64,000 bases of DNA. Source: Kudoa neothunni. Lineage: Eukaryota > Animalia > Cnidaria. Of this stretch, positions 27,268 to 40,086 are shown one piece after another (position 1 is the stretch's first letter; every line of letters starts with the position of its first letter). The translations under genes and the position numbers were made by a program. Location: the NCBI GenBank assembly GCA_964304625.1, contig OZ199840.1, positions 3,423,631-3,487,630 of the forward strand, given 5' to 3'. The notes under the pieces were generated by a model that saw only the letters and a list, made by a program, of their open reading frames with translations, did no database searches and had not been told where the DNA came from.

Positions 27268-30200
27268 TTCCCCTGTCTTGTTAATGTATTATTTTCTCAC
27301 TTTTCTTAAATCATCTTATTCATCTGCCTCCCGCCTTAAATTATTTTTTTAAGAAGAATATCTTATATTACTATAATTTTTAAATCTATTTATAGTTTAT
27401 AAATTAAATTAAATATAACTACAATTATAACTATATCTACATTGGTTATCTAATTTTATGAATAACTCCCACATGTCCCTTACTTTACACATGCGCGCGC
27501 AACAATTAGAATATGCCTGGTTTTCTTCAACAAATTCTCCACATCGAATCTCAGCCTTCGGTTGATTGCAGAAAACCAGGTAAAGATGCCAGCGATTTTA
27601 TCAAATCGAAGAATAGCTTTAACGTATGTTATAGAGGGAATCGGCCCATCGCAAGAATATAAAATTTATCAACTACCTGAGCGTATAATCATAGTTTTTT
27701 AATCGAGTAGCTTAGACTATTCAATTTTAGCACAAAGATCTATATTAGAAACTTCGCAATGCTTATCATTGGAAGTTGATTTTGAGTTTAGAGAAAATAT
27801 TTTAACCACTTGATTTAGTACATTGCGAAATTGTACAAGCTAAAATGCGATTTTTATCAATGTGATAACGCTCCTTTTGTTGCCACAGATGGTATGCATG
27901 GTCTAGCTTAAATTTTAAAGCAATTTTTTATTTCCGTTGCTATGGTTATTAGGGAAGGCTTCGTTCACCGTTGCCAATGGATACGTGTGGAAATTTGATG
28001 AATTTCTGCAGTTGATTGACAAGAGTGTAGATATATTTGCAAAAAATGTCATTTTTTGTAGTGATTTATTAAAATATCTTTTTAGTATCCGCACCAAGAG
28101 CAACTTGAAGATGAACCGTGGAAAGTGAACGCTCTTTTAGCGTTATTTTCCAAATGCGAACAACTTGAAGTAGTTTTATTCATAAATATTTTGTTTATAT
28201 AAAATAAAATATTTAGGTTGCAATGAGTTTATTGGATAAAAAAAGTTTTTATTTTGAAGTAGATTAAAATACACCTTTTATCTAATATTCTAAGTGGACT
28301 TAAATAAGTATAAGTGTTGCTCGTATTTTGGATCGGAACAAAATTTCCCCGAAAGCCACATTTACTCATATTTTTACTATAAAAAAATGCTAAAATCATG
28401 CGGCAATGCGATTTATTATACGTTGGATGAGGTGAGTGACTATATTCAAGTTTAAGGGGGAGATATTATTTTTATTCATCTTAGTTGATTTACTCATTTG
28501 ACCATATTCTCACTGTTATTTTCTCTTTACTGGATTCAAACAATTTTCTTCTTGGTAAAAAGTATGTAATGTATGCGTCATGTGATTATATAATTTGACT
28601 TTGTTTAGACCCCATGCGACTGATGCTATTCTTTATTCACATATTCTAACGTGGAATAGATTTTTCACAATTAAGTACCCCAACTTTAGTGATTTTTTAA
28701 AATCAGACCGTATCAACAAGTATATGAATGATTTTTGTGAATTTATTAGCGAATAATTCTAATCATATTTATCCTTTCGATTTTCTGTGTTTTTATGTGA
28801 TTCGAATATGCGTTATTTCATATTTTAATTTATTCTCTGTTATGATTTTGAGTGGGTTTTACAGAGATTTAATTTATGAATGGATTAAGAACTATGACAA
28901 TTTTTCTATATTTGAATAACTAATGAAGGAATAAAAATATTAATTCATGAGAATTTTTTTTATGTTAAGATTGATTTCATCTAAATTATATTATAATTTT
29001 AGTCATTGAAGTTTTTAAAATACAGGAAATACAGTCGGTAATCGATTTTGCACACAATCGAAATAACACACTTTTTGGGGAAGTTATTTAATTATAAATT
29101 TTTTTATTGTTTATGTAAACAAATATAAACAAATTAGCGTTAATCTTGGTTCAAATAATTAGCTGTAAACGCTGCTAAATATATGCAAAAACCACGTGAT
29201 GTGTCGATTTTGCACACTTTTTCAGACACTCTGTTGATCCATATAAAATTATTCCCTAAAAAATTAAAAATGTAGCGATAAGTTAAGATAAAAAATTAGA
29301 ATGTTAGAAGTAATATACAAAATCATTATATGCTTTGAAAATTTTCCGTTAAAATGTTAAGATAGTTGCTCTGAGACATTTCGTCATATAAAATATACCA
29401 ACCCTGAATCTAAATGACCATCCCCAGAGCAAGATTTAAATTTTCTCGTTAGTTCAAAAATATTTAGATCATTTTAGATTATTGTTAGAATTGGAGATTG
29501 TCGTGTATATGTTATAGCGGATCAAAATATGACACAACTCAAAATAATTGATTATTTCAAAAGTTCAAACTAATTATCACTTGATGTTTTTGATTCATTT
29601 ATATTAAGTTAATAAAAAGGATGACGATTTTTTCTTTTAAATTCCAAAAATGGGATATATAATTATTTTTTCGCATAAATGTGCGAATTTGATTTCTTAT
29701 TGTATTAAAAAACGTGTCGTATGCTATTATTTTTAAATTAGCCGTATTTTAGGCAAATGTAATTTTACGCGCGTGCGCATCTAATTTTTTATTATTCCTC
29801 GCGTATTTAAGCACTTAAGCTTTTTTTTATTGTAATTTTTGATCATTGAATGCAATAAGGAAGGAAATTTTATTATTAAAAAAATATGTAAAATTAAATA
29901 AGAGATTAAATTTGAAGGAGATCAAAAATATAAAATTTAATACAAAGTTAAAATATTATCATAGAATAATTATTGTAGCGATAATATTTAAGTGCGTAGA
30001 AAAACTCATCCAGTTAAATTATAACCGAACAATTTCGGCTAATGCTTTATGTTAATTTAGAAAGTTACATTAACAAACGTAAATACATGAAAATAATTTA
30101 CTTTAAGAGGGAAATTTGAAATAGTAGATCATATTGTGAAATAAAAATTAGAAACAGCCCTGCTATGCGTAAAAATGATAGAATAGATCAGAAACTGTGT

Positions 30201-30606
30201 CGTTTATTATTTTCAAATTCTGTAGATTCTTATTATTAGTGAATTTTCGATTAAAATGAAAAGTCGACATTGCATTATATATTACATTATGTAAGGATAT
30301 TTATATTGAATTTTGCTTTGTAATATTTTTATTTCAACAAATAAACCAGGAAATATTTATTTTAGTAAGTAATTAAATATTAAATTCACAAAAAGATTTC
30401 AATTAAACTGATGATATTTTGTAGCTTTATCTACGATGTTATTTAAAGTTAGATAAGCCTAATGATTTTTAAAAATTACTCAAACCGACCGGGGATATTT
30501 ACAAAAATCATGAAACCAACATGTAAAAAGAATGCTGCAAAAAAGAACTACTTAAAAACCAGATTCTTCAACAATATTTGTATCGTATATTTATGAAGAA
30601 AAAAAT

Positions 30607-31290
30607 TCAAAGATGAAGGAAAGCCAGACAAAGCTTGGTTATTCCCAAATCATTGTAATTAAGCCATAATAATCCCAATAGATGGATAACGGAAAGTATT
30701 TTCCAGGTGGTTAGAACCTTGGATACAATTTTCGTTGGAGTATAATCGATAATGATAGAATTGGCACCCCTAAAATTATATGACAGCTAATAGAGCAAAA
30801 AGTGATTAGGTAAACCCACCAGAATGTATGTAAAGGAATCATAAATGCAAGTATAGTATCAGGAATGATCGTGAAGCGACTTTCCGGAGCAACAAACGCT
30901 GCTACAAGAGCAAGTATAGTATAACGCTCCAATTTCCAATGTTTTATGCCATCCATGTTGCCGACAAATACTTTCGAATTCACATACGCAGTGGTTCCTA
31001 CATAATTTAAAAATGATTTCTCAAAAAATCGTTATCACCTTGACTGGAAACATATCTGCTAAAATGCTTTGGAATAATGTTCGACTTGAGATTTAAAGAT
31101 GAGAACAAGCGCGAATTCGAATTTTTTGTAGTGGTAAAATTCACTTGTCGAATGAGTGAATTAGTGACCAGTTTGTAATGTGGAGTTATCCCTCCAGTTT
31201 TATTACCTAATTACAATATTAAAAAGTCCGCATAAACAGCCAAATATCGGATGATATACAAAGACGAGCAGCGTAAACTGTAAAATTCAT
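30607..31290 (-). CDS. SDHD: Succinate dehydrogenase cytochrome b small subunit (CybS)
   Basis: Four spliced exons: basic Ser/Arg-rich presequence, HWKLER, D-T-I-L...LHTFWG..SIIIDY, GLLWLNYNDLGITK, then TGA at 30607-30609. First intron 31207-31259. Confidence 0.88.
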
Positions 31291-31299
31291 GTTAATATG

Positions 31300-31313
31300 A
31301 CACGCATGCGTGT
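31300..31313. promoter_or_regulatory. 14-bp palindrome ACACGCATGCGTGT (NRF1/ewg-like site) just upstream of SDHD
   Basis: Perfect palindrome with a GCATGC core, 9 nt upstream of the SDHD ATG; resembles the NRF1 consensus YGCGCAYGCGCR. Confidence 0.4.
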
Positions 31314-33951
31314 GTTTAAATTTAACTCTGTTATAAGTAGGGTGGCTTAACAATTTTATTAATAATTGACAGTTTTATTAGTTAAAACATAATTTTTAAA
31401 GATTATTCTTAATGTAATAATACATTGTCCAAAAAAATATTATAGCGGAAAATATCAACCATTATCACATTGATACCAATTTATTCAATAAAAAATTGAA
31501 TCTAAATATTTGTTAATGATAATTTTGTTCACTTAATTTACTTAATGTTCAAAACTTAGATCGGAAAAGTTTTATTTAAGATATGCGCAGACAAAGATTA
31601 TTGATCTCATAGAACTGACAATGCTATTGCATTAATCCAGATATAACAACCAATTACCTAATTGTAGCATTTTTATGAAATCAAATAACAGATCGAGTGA
31701 ATTTATTTCTAATTTAATGGGTTCATAAATTTTTACGTCAACAGGGGAGTATTTCACGCTTGAATCGCAACTCTCACATCGAAAACAACCAATCTACAAA
31801 TCTATTTTTAGTCAAAATGATTTTGAGAAATTTTTCCGTTAACACAAGTATTATGATCACATTGGATTTAGAACCTTTGTTAATCCCACAGTATTGTAGA
31901 GATCACGAGGGAAGGTGGTTACTGACGTGTTTCCCCTTACAATTATAGTCAGCGTTGCCGGAAAAAATCAGAATTTGTTGTAAAAACGGAATTAATATTT
32001 AATTATATGTATAAATATTATGTTAATTTATAATTAACTCAAAAACTTCAAATTTAGGACATCGTTCGGTCAATGTATTGATAAATTTCCTCATTGGAAC
32101 AAGATTATCTAACGTAGAGCACAACATTTAATTTTTTTCTGATGTTTTCGATAATTCCAGAAGAGAACATGCTCTTTCCGGAGAAGCGTTAATCGGAGTT
32201 AATTAAAATAAAGATGTGCTATATTTTCCGATGAAATAAAAACTATTTTGCCGACCAGCAAAGTTCAAAAAGGCGATTATTAATAATTGAATCAAACAAA
32301 CTTTGTTTTTGAGCCTATTCAATTCCTTTAATTTCGAACAATTGTATTACAGTCATTCGTTCGATTTTTGAATAACACAAAGCAGCTATACCTATACCTA
32401 TACCTAGATGAGGTTTTATTTTTATGTGCGACCATTTATTCATTAAAATTAAGAAAAATTAGTCAAGTAGATAATATTTAGTTAAATTTTAAATTAAATT
32501 AGAAATTTTTGAAAATTGATAAAAAACTTTTTTTTTTGTTTACAAGGTAAAACCCCTGGCGTAACTTATTAGGTTGGTCATAACTATTCCATTAATGCTT
32601 TAGGCACCGCAGGACATAACATGAAACCCTGTCCTTATCTTTATGTGGTAGTGTTGGACTTTAACCAACTAAACATCCTTGTCTCAGGGCAACCACCATC
32701 CCAAAACCTATTCCTTTAAGGACGTTGGCTCTGTGGGAACTGCAAATGTAGATATATACTAGTGTGGTGTATAATGGTGTCCTCCCTAATTCATAGTAAT
32801 AACAATGGAGCAATGACAGTCCCTCCCCAATAATTCAGAAACGGGTGATGATTTTATTGATCAAAAATCGAGCCTTTCATAGATAGCTTTATATTATTTA
32901 GAAGAGTTTGGCAATTATTTTAAACATTTTAAACATCATGGCTCAAAAAATGGGAGTTAATGTGCGACTCTACTTCAGATGTTTATTCATAATCAAATCG
33001 TAATTTTAAACAAAAAAATGATTGGTTTTCTATTAATATTTAAGTTGTAGTTAATTTTGTGTTTTTATATTTTTTGTGTGATTGCGCAAAAAGTACGTAC
33101 TACCTACCGATCCCGGCTGAATAGTACGCACAATTTTCTCATCCCAAGGGGAACTATGTACGACCGACACATTACTACTATACTATGTTTTCCAAATAAA
33201 TTGGAATACTTTATTATTTCATGGCATATATTTTGGCCAAAGAGAATAAAAAACAATCCGAAATACACTTAATCCTTTGATGATAGTGGACCGTTGGTCT
33301 TGGGAGACCATTCGTAATATTCTCAATCGAAGTTCTCGATTTAGAGGGTTTATTTAAATTCCACTCAATGCCATTCTTATTTTTCAGTGATCCTTCAAGA
33401 ACATGGGATTCGATAGAATCATTCGAATTTTCAGAAGATCCAAAAACCTAATCATCCAATTCGCTACCAGATGATTGTATTTCATTACTGTAGTCTTCAG
33501 AGCTGTTCTACATTATGAAAAGGGAGCATGCTCAAACTAAATTTTCGTACACCAATTATTTAATTAATAAAAATCTACTCGATGGAATTCTTCTAAACTT
33601 GTTTAAAACAGAGCACATACTATAACGGTTATAATAAAGGGAAAAAATCTGAGGTGTATTACACCCCAAAAATCGTCAGAAGGTATTATTTTGTTCGGTG
33701 GACTTATTTACTATATTTTCCCAAAAAATTTCAAAAATTCAAGTCAAAATTATTCTACAAGAATAGCTCGACTTTAGGAATGTGCGAAGAATATTAAAAA
33801 AAGTTATAACTAGTTCAAATATCGTTTTGGGGTTAAATATTATATCTCAAATTCATCTTATTTAGGAAATTTTGGAACAAAATCCGGAATTTCCGATCAT
33901 TTACTATTTACTGTATTTCAATGGTTGTGGCTATTTATATAAGGGGCTATA

Positions 33952-34592
33952 TAGTAGGCAACCGATAATACGCACTTTCATCGATACGACTTAGTCAAAG
34001 TTTATATTGAGTGAAACGTTTTATAATATTTTTATGATAGTAACAAGATAAAAGTCTTAAGAATATTTTTGAATTAAACTAGGAAATTTCCAATCTATTA
34101 TATCACGTGACTCACTGATAATACGCACTTTTTCGACCATACCACTTGGATTAAATTGTTTTTTTAACGAGGGGAAAATTTCAATTCAGACGTTTTAAAT
34201 TTTGAACGAAATGAAAATAAAATAAATTTTATTTCAAGACAGTATTAGTTGTCGATTAAATAATGTTATTTAAACACATAAATAAGGATTTTAAGGTAAA
34301 GATATAAAAAATTTCATATTGCGCTAAAAAATGAATAAGAAATAAAATAGTATTTATAAATTTTTAAAACTGACCATTCACTAAATTTTACCCCACTGTA
34401 AAAAGATATAAATATTTATCAATAAATATGATTGGAACAAAAATTGCGAATCATTTTTCGCCAAAATATTCTTGATAATTTTTGTTTTTATTCCAATTAA
34501 ATAAAGGTATAATACCTATGCTGAAAAATAAAGAAAACACAACCCAACGTGAAACGCGCACGCAACCCAGTGCGTATTACGGTTACCTACTA
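33952..34592. mobile_element. Tc1/pogo-type MITE
   Basis: TIRs tagtaggcaaccgataatacgcact / agtgcgtattacggttacctacta, TA on both flanks, and an internal repeat of gataatacgcactt near 34118. Confidence 0.8.
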
Positions 34593-35253
34593 TAATCACT
34601 AACGGAAAGTACGCACGCGCTCCACCATTTTTAATCCTAACAACTCATATTTAAGTTTGATATATACAATAAATATTTTAGAATCCGTATATTTCATATA
34701 TTTGATGTATTTTTATTTTGATATTGAATATAATAATCCATAAAAATATCCATTAATAATATTTTTATACTACGAAAAATATTATTAATTTTCATTAGAA
34801 CTAATTTGACCTTTGAAAACTACAGATATATTCGTGTAAAATTATTTCTTATGTGAACATTAAAGTTTTTAAGTGACACAACACAATAAGTAAATCAATT
34901 AGCAAATAAGCCAATATCGATAGCGTATAACGTAAAATTATAACTGATTTTAGTTTATTTATTTTATGAGTGATAATTTATCTTCATGACTTGTTCTGGG
35001 GTTACCCTATAAATATAGTCGATTTATTGTTCTTCTACAAACTTTGATTGTTTATTATCGTTTCAAAATAATTAAATACACGATAACATCTAACAAGGAG
35101 AACAATGCTATTTTATTTGTCGAGAATAGGATTCAAACGATAATCATTTATTTAGATGTAGGCACTAGGGAATAACGTTAATTCGACTTGAATTGAATTA
35201 AATGTATTTAGCATATTTTTATCTCAAGATAAAAATATTCAGCACTTCCCTGT

Positions 35254-35288
35254 TTCATAGTTCATAGTTCATAATTCATAGTTCATAG
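35254..35288 (+). repeat. (TTCATAG)x5 heptamer array upstream of LSM14
   Basis: ttcatag ttcatag ttcataa ttcatag ttcatag, read directly. Confidence 0.9.
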
Positions 35289-35353
35289 AAACCCTTCCAT
35301 TATATGCGCGCGCAGAAGGATATATCCGTAGTTTTTTAGCCCTCAACACCCTC

Positions 35354-36659
35354 ATGGCCTTCGACGAAATCACTTTTGGATCCAACATTAGCATCATATC
35401 CAAAAGTAGCATTAGATATGAAGGTGTTTTTGAGAGCTTTGACGAAACAACACTGTTGTTGAGCAACGGTAAAAAATCGCTACTGATTGATATCGAATTA
35501 AGATGGGATTTCTTTAGTGAGATCATTTGGAACAGAAGATCGTGCTGTTGAACGAAAAGTGGAACCATCGAATAAAACCTACAAATTTATAAGGTTTAAA
35601 GGAGATGACATTGCCAACATAGATTTGGCAGAGAAAGAATTTGTAGATCCAGCTATTTTGAACGTAGATATTGGATTGTTGGGTGAGATGAAACTGAGCT
35701 GGAATCATTTATTGTAGGCTGAAGTATTGGAAGACAGTGGACAAGAGGAACAACCACAGATAGAAAGCAAACAACTTTCAGACACCGCCGAAGAGTTGGG
35801 GAAGCAGAAGAAGAAATCCTCCAACAAAAGCAGTCTGTGTATTGCTGTTTGTGTAGGTAATTTCAAATTCTTTAGGGAATGAGGAGAGAAAAAAATTCTA
35901 TAAACCATTTAATTTGTCGAATTTCGAACGAGATTCCACAGTTTCCTCCAAAACTGAAACTATAAACGATAATCCTTATTCGAAACCATCTCAGCCGACT
36001 TTTGTAGAATCCAACCACAAGACTAAAAAATTACAATCCAAAACTTACTATAACTCTCGAAATAATGTTAGTGTTATAAGTTCGATGGTGGACGAAAAAG
36101 AAGATGGCGTTGATGCATCCTCAGATGATTGTGCCCAGTATGTTTTCTCCAGACCCGTCTCCGTAAAGCCTCCTAAAAGTACCCACAATAATTTTTCATT
36201 CAAACAACAATTTGATGGTTGTTCGAATAGAAAAACCAATCGATATCATGAACATGAACATTAAAGAGTTTAATTTTGACAATAATAATGAAGATGACGA
36301 TGAAAAAAAGACATCAACAAAAAAATGCGACAATCAACAATCTAAAACTAACAACGAACCCATGACAATTGAATCTTCCACTTTTACTAAACCTTCCTAT
36401 GATGCAACCAGTTCATTTTTTGATCAGTTATCCTTAAAAGACGAGTATAATAAATTTTTGTTATGAGTGTGATGATTATCTATTGTTGATTAATTAAAAT
36501 AGAAATAGTCACTCTTTCAACCAACAAAATGAGTACTATTCAACAACTCGTCCTACTGAAAACAGATCTAGATCAAATTGGCGCGATCATTATCATAAAA
36601 TGGTGATGTCACCCAATAGGAACAATAAGCCTAAACAACAAACTAGTACACAGCAATAA
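35354..36659 (+). CDS. LSM14: LSM14/Scd6/Trailer hitch family P-body protein
   Basis: GSNISIISKSSIRYEG...VRSFGTEDR...YKFIRFKGDDI...DPAI (LSm14 domain), EFNFD (FDF motif) and YD..SSFFDQLS (FFD box). Five short GT-AG introns restore one frame ending in TAA at 36657-36659. Confidence 0.88.
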
Positions 36660-38094
36660 TATCAATAGCTATTTTTGGTTTACTATTGTTTACCTAACAA
36701 TTATGTGCATTCATTCTTTTTTGATTATTCTGTTGGTTTTTTTACGCCAAGTTTGTTGGTATTTTGATTATAAACTGGCGCCAAATTTTAACTTATTCTG
36801 GTAGTGTGGGATTGGTTGTTCAAAATTGATTGTTATGCTGTTAATTTAATGCAATGAAAACCAATGTATCAGTAGATTTCTTGCCAGCGTTGAAATTTCG
36901 GTAAAATTATAATTAAGAAAAAGTACTCATTTTAGTCGTGTATGAAAGCAGACGTTAAAACAGATTAGCGAGACTTAACGCAATAATTGAATTATTCCCT
37001 TATTATGAATAAATTTTTCGAGTTAAATATTTTTATATTAAGCAGACATTTTTTATCATAACTGATAGATTAAAATGTTATTTGTTGTAAAAAAATACTA
37101 GAAAAAAAGATTAATACATATAACATTCCAATAAGGTCTTGAAACAGTGTGATTCGATTTTGCGTAATTAATTGTTTATGTTTGTTTAATCTAAATGTGT
37201 GGTTTGTTAATAATAATCAAAAGTAATCTAAAACGTGCAGTGGAACTAAATTTAAAATTTCGTAAAGTTGAAAAATGGGGATTACTTTAGATTTTACTAT
37301 TGCTTAACAAATTGTTTGTATTTTAATCTCCCCATCCCTGATTTTTACTCTTCCAATACTTAGTTTAACCAAGCTTTGCAAACAGGAAACTAAAAGTATA
37401 CAATTTTATGAATCAATAAAATATAGTTTATGTTAAAAAACTATGATTACGAAACATTTATACTTGTCAAGTGAAGGGTGTGTATTATAATACCAATAAT
37501 TTGATGACGTATTTCAATCTTAGATATTATTTCTATTAAAAGAATAAAAATCTAAAATTCCAAAATTACTCGAAACTAAAGTAATATTAGATTGATGAAA
37601 GTACGAAGTATTTGAAAATATCCCGCAAATCTAACGGGCTGGTTGTGACGAGAGAAAAAGTGGACATATATCCGGACTTTTATGTCATTAAAGTTCCCTA
37701 AATTTAAGCTGATTTTATTGGTATAAAGGTGTGAGTTGAATTAAGCTGTTATTTTCAAATTTAAAAGTTTCTTTTTAGTCCAAGAGTATTAAATTAAATC
37801 TATAATTGAACCATGAGATATTTGTTAGGTCCGAGATCCACATTTTATTTTTCAGGTGTAATTTCCATAAATACCACATACAAATATACAAAACTTAAAT
37901 AAAATCAATCTTTTTAAGGGGATTGGTGAGAATATTTGTTTAAAAATCTGAATGAAGCGAATTTAACATTCACGTAAATATTATAAAATGGTGTAATCGT
38001 GCTAAAATTAAAATCGTTTCCATGAGAGATAAAAGTTTTTGTACATTCATTTAGTAAGTTGAAAAATTTTTTAAGATAATTTAAATTAATAAAT

Positions 38095-38575
38095 CAGTTT
38101 CTCAACCGGGGGTAAATCAAGTAATGTTTAAAATGGATAGGGTAATTTTTGCACTATGGGTTTGTGACTTACTTCAGGATTTCTAAGGAATTATATTATT
38201 CAGGGTTATTAAACTCAATAAGAATTGGGCAGAAATGTTTAAAATGACTATTTTCATTGTAAATAATATTAACGTTTTTATTATTTTTAATTATTTCTAG
38301 TCGTAAGAGCGGAGGAATGGGCATAAAATAATTTAATTTAACAAAATCTTAACAATTGAATCTCTATACAGTATATGCGTAAGAGTCGATAGGATTGAAA
38401 AATGTCATTGCATAAGCGTACATGCCCTTTGGAGTTAGAATTTAATCTCTGCTACAGATAAACCGACATAAAACCTTAAAGTAAATATGGATTTGGCTTC
38501 CAAATTATGAAGGTAAATTTAGATTTTTCATCAGATCGAGGGGAAATTGGAAAAAAAAACGGTTGAGAACACCTG
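38095..38575. mobile_element. hAT-type MITE
   Basis: Ends cagtttctcaaccg / cggttgagaacacctg, with near-identical 8-bp flanks taataaat / aaataaat. Confidence 0.7.
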
Positions 38576-40086
38576 AAATAAATAATTTCTCAATAAAATA
38601 TCCTTTACAAGTTCAACAAATTAATGGAAAAACGCTTTTCTTAAATTTTATAAAAATTTGAAGATTTTCTTTTTGTAATTTTCTAATAAGTATAGAATGA
38701 TTTTTATTTTCATAGATCAGTATTTCTCGCTCCAAAAGCAACATTAAAATTCATTTAATATAGAGTTTCTTGTTTATAAACACCACAAGCTTCGTTCAAC
38801 TCATTTATTTTAAAATTATGTGTGGTCTTGAGGTTGATTGATTGGAAATTTTATGAAAGGAACATTAATTCTCTGATATTATGTACTATATATTTTAATA
38901 TTGCAAGTTTATTTGATCATAACCGATAAATTTGGTATATAAATAGTGAATTTCAAACTTTAGAACACTTCCTAAAGAATTGATGAACTTTTGTCTTAAA
39001 CATATAAATATGGAATTATATTTGACATCAGCATTTTTGAAAAATGCATTCAAGTTTATGATTAAAAATAATTTGGGGGCGTTCTCCTTATTAACCGTTT
39101 CGTTGAATGACTAAATTGAGAATTTAACTATAACGATATTGAAAAGGAAAAGTTAATGAAGATTTTTATTAATAAAATAGAAGTATTAGAATTTTAGTTA
39201 GATATTAAATTTATAATTACTGCCGAAATATTTTAAATTTCTGAATAAAATAATTCCATTAATTAATCACAAATTGGTTTCGGAGACTAAAAAATTGCAT
39301 AATTTGCATATTATAATATATTTAGATTATAACAAATTAAAAAATGACGATATAATCTAAATTAGAAATTTCACGAAAGAAATCAATTATATATCTGACG
39401 CATGCGTGAACATATATAGCAAAACTTGTCTTGTTCCAAAAAATTGTTCAATATTAAGATCTTACTATTATTTAAATTATTAACATTTAGGATAAGTATC
39501 ATAAAAAATATTTGTTCATTAAATTATTTGAAAACAATTAAAATCATTATTTATGAAAGCAAAATTTCGATATATATTTAATGATATTGAAATATAATTA
39601 AATCAATGTAATTTTATATTGGTAATTTAGAATCGATAATGAATGTATTATAAATGGGTAATACTGATTATTAATTCTAATTAAAGCTTTAAATTAATTT
39701 TTTAAATTATTGAAACTAACTAATAACGATGAATTATTATAAAGATGTTATCAATTTGGAATATAAACTTACTTTTGAATGAAAATCGTGAATACGCCAT
39801 ATTTTTAGATAATCTTATTCAACACGAACCCCTAATAAATAATCGGGATAATATCAAGACTGATGAATAACTAATGTTAGATCTTAAAATATTGAGGCCA
39901 AAAAATGACGAAATTTAATGATTAGATTATCAATAAATCCCTTTTTATTATAACACTCAGCTACACACGTATAATCTGGCACTGGAAATTGGTTTCCGAA
40001 TTTTTAACCGTCCTACTTACTGTACACTTTAGTATACATTACTAGATTTGGGTTGGATTCCATAGACAGATAGTATTAGTATTAGA

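Noticed and set aside
27490-28700. Possible Merlin and IS630 transposase relics on the minus strand
   Set aside because: Motifs too decayed to support a call without a profile search.
33952-34150. Spaced direct repeats resembling a CRISPR array
   Set aside because: Only two copies, explained as MITE terminal and subterminal repeats; eukaryotic context and no cas genes.
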